From Lepidodermella squamata (Eukaryota; Animalia; Gastrotricha), in NCBI GenBank assembly GCA_047495785.1, contig JBLDXI010000042.1, positions 4,340,001-4,404,000 of the forward strand: DNA of 64,000 bases. Reading direction: 5' to 3'. The notes beneath the pieces are model-generated. The model saw nothing but the letters and a program-made list of their open reading frames with translations. It was not told the DNA's origin and searched no databases. Shown here piece by piece: positions 13,753 to 24,949 of this stretch (positions are counted from its first letter, which is position 1; the number at the start of each line of letters is the position of its first letter). A program made the position numbers and the translations under genes.

Positions 13753-16392
13753 ATGGCCAGTGAATCCGGCCGTCTCCCTCGCTCTGCTGTTCCTCTAACT
13801 TATGTGATAAACTTGGACCTTGACACCAATTCTCGCCGTTTCTCCGGCAAGCAATCAGTCCAATGTGAGCTACTCGAAAAAACCAAATGCATCAGCTTCA
13901 ATGCGAAATGTCTCGATATCACTAGCATTCGCTTTGATTTCGGTAACGGCCAGGTAATTCCTTCCTCAATAAACTATAGCGCTGAGGCGGAAACGATGAC
14001 AGCTGGCTTTGAGAAAGAATTGAACGTTGGTAAATTTTCTCTCGATATCGAATATTCAGGCGTTATTGTCGACAATGGCCTGTATGGTTTGTACGTGTCG
14101 AAAGACACCTCTGGCAATGACGCGTTTTCCACACATTTCCAAACCAGTTTTGCCAGATGTGTATTCCCGTGCTGGGATGAACCGTCTTTCAAGGCTGAAT
14201 TCGAAATAACTGTAACATGCCAGGCTGAGTTCGACGTGACCTGCATTTCAAATATGCCAATTGAGAGTCAGAATCGGGTTGAGAATCGCGTTGCTTACAA
14301 GTTCCAGAAAACTCCGAAAATGTCGACTTATCTCGTTGGCCTAGCTGTAGGGAAGTTTGATGTAGCCTGTGCTGAAACTAGCCGCGGAATTCCCGTCCGA
14401 GTTTTCACCGCGAAAGGCAAGGCTTCGTACGGTCAATATTGCGCTGAAATTGCCGCTGAGATTATTCCGTTTTTCGAAGAATTTTTCTCGATTCCTTTCA
14501 TGCTACCGAAATTAGACATCGTAGCCGTGCCGCAACACAGTTTTGCTGCTATGGAGAACTGGGGGATCTTGATGTACCGAGAAGCTAACCTACTTTGCGA
14601 CTACAAAGCTGATGAATCGAGAAAAGTCGAAGTTGCGATGTTGATTGGCCACGAATTGGCTCATCAATGGTTTGGTAATCTAGTCACATGCGATTTCTGG
14701 TCTCAAATTTGGCTGAATGAAGGATTTGCTGAGTGGACTGAATATTTGACGGCGAGTCGGTTCTTCCCGAAACGCAAGGCCTGGTCGGATTTTCTTCACT
14801 ACGAATTCTCCGACGCACTTTTCGTCGATTCCTTAGCCACTTCTCATCCCGTCGAAGTTCCGCTGAAATCCGCGGCAGAAACTGCTGAGATTTTCGACTC
14901 GATTACTTACTCAAAAGGGTGCTCTCTAGTCCGTATGTTGTTCCACTTTTTGGGCGAGCAAAACTTCCGCCAAGGTCTTGAGCTCTACCTTAATAAATTT
15001 TCGTATAAAAACGCTACTACCCCCGATTTATGGGCTGCTTTCGACTCAGTTTCTGGTCTTGATATATCTAAAGTCATGCAATCTTACGTTTCAAACGCTA
15101 GCTATCCTTTCCTTCAAGTCTCCCTGTCTTCCTCTGATGATGTCTGCGTGAAAGTTGACACTTTTTCCGCCCATGGCCCTGTCAAAAATGGTAGTCGCGA
15201 GGCATTAGTATCAGTCAAATTGATCGATAGTAATAGTGGAAATAACGAGGCTTTATCAGCATTTTCTACTGATGGCAAGGTCGAGTTTAAGGGCCGTTCA
15301 GTGAAAGATCGATTGATTATCGCAAATCCTGGTGCTATTTGGCTATGCCGTGTTTCTTACCCGCCTGAAATGTGGCGAAAATTGGGCCTGGCTTGCCGAA
15401 ATTCGAATTTGGTTTCATCTGATGAAAAGTTCACGATTCAAAGCGATTTGTTTGCCCTGGCTATGGCTGGCTATCCTGGTGGCTATTCGATCGCGAAATG
15501 GCTTGCTTTTGTCACAAATTTTGCTGAAAACGAGCAGTCTTACGCGGTTTGGAAAGACATTTCCAACTCATTGGCTCTAATAGGCGATCTAGCCCAAGAA
15601 AACGAGTTCGCTTCATCGTTCAAAGTTTTCGTTCAACAACTGCTGAAACCAAGGTTCGAAAAACTTGGCTGGGATAAGTCGAATGAAAACGAAGATCCAG
15701 AGGCGAGCGAGTTGCGAGCTTTGTTGATAACAGTTCTCGGCTTCAATGACGATGAAAGCGTGATTTCTGGTTGCCAAGTTCGTTTTGCCAAACACATTTC
15801 CAATGAATCGTTAATTCCTAGCGATTTGCGTCGAGCAATTTTCAGCGTAGTAGCATTTCACGGTGGTAAAGAGGAGTTCAAGCAACTATTCCACATTTTC
15901 GATAATTCGCCGACCGATGATATCAGGGCTGTAATTCTAACTGCGATTGGCTGTTTCCAAAACCCTGAAACGCGGCAAAGTTTGGTTGATTGGCTGGATC
16001 AAAATGAGCTGCCTATTAGCATTCAATCACTGCCTCGAGTTTTAGCCGGAATTTCGCAGTCGATCGATGGCAGGCAGCTATCGCTTGAGTTTCTGCTGAA
16101 AAATTGGTCGAAATTGACTGTTTTGTGCGCTGGGCCTTCTGGGTTACTCTTCGGCCGTATTGTCAGTGCAGCCCTTGGCCGTTTTTCGGACCAATCCGTC
16201 GCCGATTTGTTGGAGGTTCAATTCGATAACGAGCCATTGGCCACTGCAAAACGAGCTGTTGAACAGGTCTGCGATACAATCCGCGTTCAAGCCAAATTTT
16301 CGGCTCGAGAGGCCACTAATCTACGTGACTTTTTCTCGAAATTCAACGAAAGTAGCTCCTTTGCTAATCTTTTCGACCTATATTTTCCTTGA
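13753..16392 (+). CDS. M1 zinc aminopeptidase, puromycin-sensitive aminopeptidase-like paralog, intronless, 879 aa
   Basis: RLP N-terminus, FPCWDEP, AAMEN (GAMEN variant), HELAH-x18-E (WLNEG), ITYSKG catalytic Tyr, ERAP1_C-type helical C-terminus; colinear with the adjacent gene. Confidence 0.9.
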   Translation: MASESGRLPRSAVPLTYVINLDLDTNSRRFSGKQSVQCELLEKTKCISFNAKCLDITSIRFDFGNGQVIPSSINYSAEAETMTAGFEKELNVGKFSLDIEYSGVIVDNGLYGLYVSKDTSGNDAFSTHFQTSFARCVFPCWDEPSFKAEFEITVTCQAEFDVTCISNMPIESQNRVENRVAYKFQKTPKMSTYLVGLAVGKFDVACAETSRGIPVRVFTAKGKASYGQYCAEIAAEIIPFFEEFFSIPFMLPKLDIVAVPQHSFAAMENWGILMYREANLLCDYKADESRKVEVAMLIGHELAHQWFGNLVTCDFWSQIWLNEGFAEWTEYLTASRFFPKRKAWSDFLHYEFSDALFVDSLATSHPVEVPLKSAAETAEIFDSITYSKGCSLVRMLFHFLGEQNFRQGLELYLNKFSYKNATTPDLWAAFDSVSGLDISKVMQSYVSNASYPFLQVSLSSSDDVCVKVDTFSAHGPVKNGSREALVSVKLIDSNSGNNEALSAFSTDGKVEFKGRSVKDRLIIANPGAIWLCRVSYPPEMWRKLGLACRNSNLVSSDEKFTIQSDLFALAMAGYPGGYSIAKWLAFVTNFAENEQSYAVWKDISNSLALIGDLAQENEFASSFKVFVQQLLKPRFEKLGWDKSNENEDPEASELRALLITVLGFNDDESVISGCQVRFAKHISNESLIPSDLRRAIFSVVAFHGGKEEFKQLFHIFDNSPTDDIRAVILTAIGCFQNPETRQSLVDWLDQNELPISIQSLPRVLAGISQSIDGRQLSLEFLLKNWSKLTVLCAGPSGLLFGRIVSAALGRFSDQSVADLLEVQFDNEPLATAKRAVEQVCDTIRVQAKFSAREATNLRDFFSKFNESSSFANLFDLYFP

Positions 16393-16498
16393 TGGCGATG
16401 ATTATTTTATCAGTAAAATTTATTGTTATTATCTTATCGTTGCAATACAGGGTTTTACCGGTTTTATTATTGTTGTTTGACTATATAGACGTCATTTT

Positions 16499-19400
16499 AT
16501 GCGTCTTGCTTTCCCACTGCGACAACTCGTCACTGGTTTACGTCAGTCTTTTCTAGAGGTTAAATCTGTTTCGGCATCTTTGCGATTTCACTCAACCCGC
16601 CCAGCCATGACTCTGGATTCCCACGCTACTAAGAAGCCGTTCGAGCGCCTGCCGAAAGCCGTCAAGCCGGTCAACTACAAGCTGCGCCTGCAGCCTGATT
16701 TGAAGAAATTCACCTTCACCGGCACGTCCGAGATCGAGGTGAACGTCGTCGAATCGACCAGCAAGGTCGTGTTGAATGCGGCTGATTTGAAAATCGAATC
16801 TGCCTCGTTCAAGTCGAAGACCGGCAAGAGCCTCACCGCCACCGTTGCGCTGGAAGTCGAGGAGGAACGCGCTATTTTCACGTTCCCCGAGGCCCTGCCC
16901 GCCGGCGAGGGTGTCCTGAGCCTCAATTTCGACGGAACCCTCAACGACAAGCTCAAGGGCTTCTACCGTTCCAAGTACAAGATGGCTGATGGCGAGGAGC
17001 GTTATGCCGCTGTTACGCAATTCGAGCCGACCGACGCCCGTCGCGCCTTCCCCTGCTGGGACGAGCCGGCTATTAAGGCGACTTTCGACGTGACCCTGGT
17101 TGCGCCGAAAGACAAGGTCGCGCTGTCGAACATGCCGGTTAAGACTGAGAAGGTCGAGGGTGAGCACAAGGTTGTCGAGTACGAGCGGACGCCGATCATG
17201 CCGACCTACCTGGTTGCGTTCATTGTCGGCGATTTCGAGCATATCGAGACCAAGGACGCTAATGGCGTGTTGGTTCGCGTTTTCACGCAGATTGGCAAGA
17301 AGGAACAGGGCCGCTTCGCTTTGGAAGTCGCTGCCAAGTCGCTGCCTTTCTACAAGGTCAGTAAAAGTCGAGCTTAGAAATGAATAAAAATATTTAGGAC
17401 TTTATTTATTTAAGAAATGTATCTACCTTAATAAAACTAAATTCTAAGAATTACTAATATTTATGTTGGTTTTTGTAAAAAGAACTTTTTGAATTTCAAA
17501 TTCCATTAAAAGCTAGCTTCAAATTAAAACGTCATTCTCTTGGTTGCTGATAGCTAGTTTTTATTGATTTTTTCAGTTTGGGCTTGTTTGATTTTTAGAA
17601 GGGCGTTTTCCGCTTGCGATTTTTGTTTTTTTTCAACTAATTGATTCGGCGCCCAATCCTCAAAATTCTGATTTTTTCATTTAACAAACATTCTCAAAAA
17701 TTTTGAAAATTCCTTTTAAAATGACGCTAACCTAAATTTAAATTTAAATATTTTTTCCCCATTTTAATTTTTGAGCGTAAATTATCTTGACATAAAAAAT
17801 CTGAATTCCTGTCGTGATTTTGGCCTGAATCACCAACAGGACGTTCTATAAATTCAAGAAAATTATGCTTGGTATTTGGGACTTTGACAGATGGTGAATT
17901 AAGGGTTACGTCCGTTATTTTTCGCAGAATAAAAACTTCGAAATTATGCAATTTAGGTGCTTCAATAGTTTTTTTCGAATTTCCATAGCTGAATGCGGAT
18001 TTAAAAAAAAACAGCGCTGATTTTAATTTATTTTTCTTTAAACAGGAGTACTTCAATGTCGGCTACCCGCTGCCCAAGATGGACTTGATTGCCATTCCGG
18101 ACTTCGCTGCCGGCGCCATGGAAAACTGGGGCCTGACCACGTACCGCGAAACCGCCCTGCTCGTCGACCCGGACAACACCGCCATCCGCAACAAGCAGTA
18201 CGTCGCCCTGGTCGTGTGCCACGAACTCGCCCACCAGTGGTTCGGCAACCTGGTCACCATGGAGTGGTGGACCCATCTGTGGTTGAACGAAGGCTACGCC
18301 ACCTGGATCGAGTTCCTCTGCGTCGAGAAGCTGTTCCCCGAGTGGCAAATCTGGTCGCAGTTCCTGTCGATGGACTACACCCGCGCCATGGGCCTCGATG
18401 CGCTGAAGAACAGCCACGCGATCGAAGTGCCGGTCGGCCACCCGAGCGAGATCGACGAAATCTTCGACGCGATCAGCTACTCGAAGGGCGCGTCGGTCAT
18501 CCGCATGATCCACGATTTCATCGGAGACGCCGCCTTCCGCAAGGGCATGAACAAGTACCTGACAAAGCACCAGTACTCGAACGCTGAGACCGGCGATTTG
18601 TGGGCTGCCCTGTCCGAGGCGAGCGGCAAGGACATCGCCCGTGTCATGAACGTCTTCACCGGCCAAGTCGGTTACCCGGTTCTGTACGTCGACCACAAGG
18701 ACGGCAAGTTCCACCTGCGCCAGGAAAAATTCAACGCTGATGGGTCTCGCTTGACCGGCTCCGACGCCCCGGTCTGGCCGCTCCCCGTCACCGCTGTCCG
18801 CGAGCATGGCAAGGACCGTTTTGCCGAGTTCGTTTTCGATAAGCGTGAGGGTGAGGCGCAGCTGAAGGAAACGACCGCGTTGAAGAGCGAGGAGTGGGTG
18901 AAATTCAACGCGAACACCGTTGGTTTCTACCGCGTTCGTTATTCCAATGAACTGCTGACGAAATTGTCGCGTGGTGTCAAGGATGGTTCGCTGTCGGCTG
19001 GCGATCGTCTCGGTCTGACCTCTGACCTGTTCGCCCTGTGCCGCGCTGGTTTCGATGTTTCGATCCCGCAGCTGTTGGACTTTTTCTCGAACTTCGCCGA
19101 GACTGAGAAGGACTACTCGGTCTGGGAAGATATTGCCGGCTCGCACTCGGCTATTGCCACCCTGATCCAATACACCCCGCACGGTGACAGCTTCAAGGTT
19201 AGTCAGATCTTTTCATTTTTACTTGGAAATAGCTTCATACTCATTCGGCTTTGCTTGGATTAAATTATTCAATATTTTTGAGACAAATCTGCATTTTTAA
19301 GTTTATTGAAAGGAAACATTGAAAATTTAACAAATTGCTTTAAGGAGGACTTTAAGGAGGAAAAAATATCGAGTAAAATTTGTGTTTGAAATGTTAATCG

Positions 19401-20164
19401 GGTCCTCCTTTTACCGGAACCAAATTTTGGCATTTTCTAGTGACCTGAAATCACTTTTCGGAAATTTTTGCGGGTCAAGATTGACCAAAATTATTGAAAA
19501 AATTATTTGGCGTAACATTTTCTATAAGACAGAGTTTTCACATCAGAACTCATACTTCGCCTACAATTCGTATAATAATTAAAAAAATGACTCTTTGCCT
19601 ATTTCGACTTTAAATCCGCGAAATTCAAATCTGGCTCCGCTAAAAAATATTCTGATTCTATAATAAATACTTCTTCAATTTAATTGTGATAAATCCTCGA
19701 ATGTTCCGTGGTTTCTGAGTAATTTTCACTATTTCTTCGGGAATTTTAGCCCGGTATTTAATTGAATTCGCTTTTTATTTCAGGCTTTCACCCGCAATTT
19801 GTTTGGCCCGGTCGCTCGCCGTGTTGGCTGGGAGCCGAAGAGCACCGACGCCCCGAACGACGCCCTTCTCCGCGCCCTCGTCCTGTCGAAGATGGGCTAC
19901 GCCGGAGACGCAGCCACGATTGCCGAGGCTCGCCGTCGTTTCGACGAACAGGTCGCCAAGAAAACGCCTCTGCCCGCAGATCTGCGCGCCACCGTCTACG
20001 GCATCGTCGCCAAGTACGGCGGTGAGGACACCTACCAGCAAATGTACCAGATGTACAAGGAGACCGATTTGAACGAGGAGAAGGTTCGCCTGTTGCGCGG
20101 CATGGGTCAACACGACGATGTTGCGCTCAAGCGCAAATTCTTGGAATTCTCGCTCTCCGAAGAG
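16499..20164 (+). CDS. NPEPPS: Puromycin-sensitive aminopeptidase, shared exons 1-3 (797 codons), completed by one of three alternative terminal modules
   Basis: Exons 16499-17356, 18046-19197, 19784-20164, all phase 0. Motifs PFERLP, TQFEPTDARRAFPCWDEP, GAMENWG, HELAHQWFGNLVTMEWWTHLWLNEG, DAISYSKG. Confidence 0.93.
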
Positions 20165-20536
20165 GTAAGACATGCAAATTATTCTGCATTGGCAAAATCT
20201 CCATTAAAAGGTTCAAATATTCTTAACCGAGTTTGATAAGCCTTTTCGTTATCTCAAAAATTGAAATTGTTGCGCTGCGATATGGTCTGCTACCGTTTGA
20301 TAATTTTTGATAAGGTGTTGATAAGTTTTGATATTACTATATTTGATCGGCTCTTAGGTAACGAATAGCGGCGATATTTACAAAATCGTTCTTTTTTATA
20401 CAAAATGTTCGAAAAATCAAATTAAAATTGAATTTTTTTATTGACTCTAATAGCAAAATTCTCCAACTTTTATAAGAAAATAGTTCTTAGCGGTTTTAGC
20501 ATTGTATGATAATTGATTGAAATGACTTGAAATAAG

Positions 20537-20863
20537 GTGCGTAGCCAAGATGCTCACATTGCCATGGGCGCGACGACGGACACGCGCGAGGGCCGTGAGC
20601 TCGACTGGGAGTTCACGAAACGCCACTGGGCCGAGTTGAAGGAGCGCTATCAGGACGGCTACGTGTTCACGCGAATGTTGACGCATTTGGCGGACGGCTT
20701 TTTCTGCGAGCAAGTGGCGCGCGACATCGAGGCGCACTTCACGGCGCACCCGGTCGGCAGCGCCACGCGCGCCATGCACCAGTCCGTCGAGCACATTCGC
20801 GTTCAAGTTGCTTGGCTTGCGCGCGAATCGCCACAGCTAGACCGCTTTTTTGCGCAAGCTTAA
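20537..20863 (+). CDS. NPEPPS: NPEPPS alternative terminal exon A (108 aa, VRSQDAH...FFAQA)
   Basis: Phase-0 AG at 20535-20536 (purine-rich, weak acceptor). Begins with VRSQD, which continues LSEE as in PSA proteins. AATAAA near 21006 and 21095. Confidence 0.8.
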   Translation: MRSQDAHIAMGATTDTREGRELDWEFTKRHWAELKERYQDGYVFTRMLTHLADGFFCEQVARDIEAHFTAHPVGSATRAMHQSVEHIRVQVAWLARESPQLDRFFAQA

Positions 20864-21338
20864 TAACATATCGCATGATCAGAAATGATATCGACCTCGA
20901 TCAATCACGCTTTCTCGATTTTTTTAGCCTGTCTCTATTTTGAATGTATTTCTTGAAGGATAGCTCAATTATTGGCTATTTTAGAACGATTAAAAAATTC
21001 TAACAAATAAAATTATTGATTGAATTAATTTGCTATTTTGCTATGATAAAAGTGAAATTTTGAGAATATTTATTTTAATTTTAATTTCATTATAAATAAA
21101 CGATTTTAGCCCTTTTTCACAGATTTTTCAAATTTTACATTATTTTTGAAATATTCTTTTCCATTTATTTGGTATTTGAGATAGTGGCAAAACAGCCGTT
21201 TATTCTTGATTTTTTTATTGGTTCTCGAATGGGAAAAAATGATCGATTGTGACATTTTTCTGCTTGAAATTTTTTTTCGAAATTTATCACCGCTGAATTC
21301 TGAGTGGATTCTGATTGCCATTGTTTGTGCCTATGCAG

Positions 21339-21671
21339 GTTCGCTCGCAGGACACTCACATTTGCATTTCGGCGGTCACGGGCACGCCCGACGGCCGGCG
21401 CATCGTCTGGGAGTTCCTGAAGGCCAACTACCCCGAGTTCGTCAAGCGCTACAAGGACGGCTTCTTGTTCGGCCGCATTTTCGAACAGGCGGCGGGCGGT
21501 TTCTACACGACGGAGGAGGCGAAAGAGGTCGAGACGTTCTTCGCCGCCAACCCGGTCGGTTCGGCGACCCGTGTCGCGGCCCAGACCGTCGAGGGCATCA
21601 ACCTGCATTCGGCCTGGTTGGGTCGCGAGAAGGCTGGCCTCGAGAAGTTCTTCACCGCCGCGAAATACTGA
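21339..21671 (+). CDS. NPEPPS: NPEPPS alternative terminal exon B (110 aa, VRSQDTH...FTAAKY)
   Basis: Phase-0 tgcag acceptor ending at 21338; intact GC-rich ORF alignable to exon A over its whole length. Confidence 0.88.
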   Translation, partial: VRSQDTHICISAVTGTPDGRRIVWEFLKANYPEFVKRYKDGFLFGRIFEQAAGGFYTTEEAKEVETFFAANPVGSATRVAAQTVEGINLHSAWLGREKAGLEKFFTAAKY

Positions 21672-21996
21672 ATCCAATTCAGTTTTACAGCCAATTTATG
21701 ATCGTTTATTCCTGCTGGTGTAATTTTCAAAGAAAATTCCAAAAAGACGCACAAGAAACAGTGATATGATTGATTGGTTTATGCGTGAATTCCGACGCGG
21801 TGATTAAATGTAAAGAAACAAGCAAAGCTAGATTTTTAAGCTCGATATACCTATATATAAATGTATCTGTTGAAGAGTAAATATTGCATGGTTTAGTTGC
21901 TTTGAAAAATCAACTGTCTTTTAATGCGTCCAAGTATTACGAAAGGGAAAATTTTTAAAAGCGTAAAATCAATATTTATTTTTGAAAAATTCACAG

Positions 21997-22540
21997 GTCA
22001 AATCATGCGACGCTCACAATTGCCTGAATGCTGTTACTACGACTCCAGAAGGTTCGTTTAACTAAAAGAATTTGATGTATTTGAAAAATCCTCCTTAAAA
22101 AAATTCATCTTGAAATTTCTCACAATTTTTTATTCCTCATTTTTGCGCATTATTTATTATTTTATTATTTTTGATAGCAAATCAATATAGTTTGTCATAT
22201 AAATTGCCAATTAATTGAAATTAATGAAATTATGTTAGAAATTATAATTTCTAAATTTTAAGGTCGCGCTTTGTGCTGGGAATTCGCCAAGAAGAACTGG
22301 GGTCTGCTGCGCGAGCGCTACGAGGCCACTCTGTTCTTGTTCGGCCGCATTGTTTCCTTCGTCGCGGACACCCTGCATGAGGAGACGTACGCCGATGATT
22401 TGGAGACGTTCTTCGCCGCCAACTACGTTGCCTCGGCGAAGCGTGTAGCTGCACAGACTGTCGAGAAAATCCGCGTGCAGTCGCGCTGGGTGAAACGCGA
22501 AGCTCCCCTCCTTGACGAGTACTTCAAGAAATCGAACTGA
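21997..22540 (+). CDS. NPEPPS: NPEPPS alternative terminal module C, split in two exons (110 aa, VKSCDAH...FKKSN)
   Basis: Exons 21997-22051 (VKSCDAHNCLNAVTTTPEG) and 22263-22540, joined by a phase-1 GT-AG intron. AATAAA near 22670. Confidence 0.82.
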
Positions 22541-24949
22541 GCAAATCGATGGGCCGCTGCAAAAAATACTGTTATTGAATATGAATTCAACTGACTTCAA
22601 ATTGATCAATTATACAATGTGATTTCTTAAATGTGATTAAAGTCATGTCCGGGAAATTAAAAGGACAAAAATAAAGTTATTGCAAATGTTCGAAAAGATT
22701 CCCTATAAAATTGAGAGAATTCGAGCTGATGAATCTCATAAATAATCGGAAAAATCGGAAAAATCTGATATTATGAGGTTATGACAGTATGAGATTGGGG
22801 CCAGATCCTTCCTCTTAAACTTTGAATTTAGCGGCACAAAATTTGACCGGAAACCGGAAGCGCAACCTCTAACTGTGATCAGCCGAAAAGCCCAAAAATT
22901 GAATGCCAAAGCCCTAAGAAATCTGAAACAATCGATCATCAATCAGCTATGGAATATAAAATTGGCGAGATTTTATTGCTAATGCCATATTATCATTCGC
23001 CGAAAGCTTAATCCGACAAAATTATACTTACACGTTTGTGTATTCGGCAGAAAATATTCAATTGTCACGGACATTTACAGCCTCGCTGTCAACATTCACG
23101 CGTCCACCTGCTGTCAGCATAGCCACCGAATTAGTCTCCATTCAGAAGGCATGTCGTAGCAGACCCTGGGGAATTTAATCTTCAATAATTTAAGGTTCTT
23201 GTTATTTTGGCAAACGAGTCTTGTCAGCGCTCCAATCTGTCTTCATCGATTCATAGCTGATTCATTCACATTTTTTTCTGTTTCAATCCCCTTGCTGTTT
23301 AGTACATTCGCCTGGTTTCTGTTGCCCGAATTTCTGGCAAACCTTTGAATTTACCATACGAGACGCAAAGCAAGAAAAAAGGCACCAATTATTAGGGCTA
23401 ATGAAATTCCAATGTTAATAAACTGATTCGCAATTTCAGATTGGACGTGCTTATCAGCAATTCAATCGTGACGGACTTGACCAGGCGGGCCAGTTGGACT
23501 TTGATTTCATTAGCACCTGATAATAAAAAAATGTTAATTAAATGCGTAATTAATTCAAGAGTGGATCTTTTTCCGTGTAACTCCAGTATCCGGCATGCAG
23601 CTGAGTCCAGAATCTTCCAGTAAATTCGCTGATTCTATAATGGTCTGTTGGCTGAGTACTATTACTCATATACAGCTCCATAAAAAATACAGTGAGCGGC
23701 TATTGCATCATTTTTTGCGAGTATTAATACAAACGCGGCATGAATCATCACGCACGATGAATCATCGTGACACAGCAGTGTAGCCTATACTATGCGCTAT
23801 GCGAAGTATACACGTGGCATTTCTAGGCTTACCGATCCTTGCATCAGATCATTTATTTTTACCATTTTTGTTGAGCACAGCTGAGAGATTCTGCTCAACT
23901 ATTTCGGCCATCAGCAGAAGTAAGATTCCTTTTATTGTTTGCTATCAGGAAAGGTCTATTGAAGACCTTTTCGTTACCAGGAAAATTAAAAATATTCTGA
24001 TATTGAATTCTCAATTTCTAAAAAGCCCATCCTAAACTGCGACAAATTAATTAAACGCAGCGAAATTTTAGCTCAGATAAAACGTGTGCAATTTAATGCC
24101 GAACCAAATTTGAAGGTGCTCGTTTGCTCCAGGCTCCAGTTTGGCTTTATACTGGAATTAATTGAGTGATAACTTTTAGAAGGTGCGGCAAAATGTGTTA
24201 GTTTCAGTGTTGATTGTGTAGGGCCTCCTTCTCACTTCGGCTAGCTGATCTAGCTATTTTTTCTTGAGAAATGATTAAATACTTATGACATTTTTTTCGT
24301 TCGGCTCTAATCTTCCAACTCATTTAAAATGTGACCCAGTTTTTATAAATAAAAAATTCGATATTATTAGTCTTTTTCAGAAAAGGTTCCCAAAAATACC
24401 CTCCATAAAAATTTGGTCTGAATCATATGATCGATTCAGGTTTGAAGATCGATTTTCAGAAAGCTACACAATTTTCATTACATCCTGTTACTTTTTTCAA
24501 AAAACTGATATCTTTATATAAATGAAGTGTTTTTTAATTCTCGAGGCTTTGGGGCGTGGGTAACATTCATCCTGCAAAATGTCGGTATAGCCCGGGAATA
24601 ATTTTCCACGTGAGATGAATCATCATTTCACCGAAACGCCATGATGAATAGTGGCCAGTTGGAAGTTGAATCATCTTGCATTATTTTTATCCCTTACTGA
24701 CAGACCACATCACGATGAATCATAGCATGCAAGTACTTCTCTCTGAGGGAAGTTTTTATTTATTAACTAGTTTTTATTCTTAATTATTAACAAGTTCCGC
24801 AATATTTCAAACTAGAATTTTTTTATAGATGCAATCTTTTATTATGAAATTTCAATCTCTCATACATATTTTTGTCTGACAAAATCACTTTTCCTACAAT
24901 GTGCAAGGGCCCTAAAATCGAGCTTATAGCAAAACCCCCAAACTCGACG

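Noticed and set aside
16592-19182. Long antisense ORFs (216 aa, 384 aa) over NPEPPS
   Set aside because: These are shadows of strongly GC3-biased sense coding exons, with no independent motifs.
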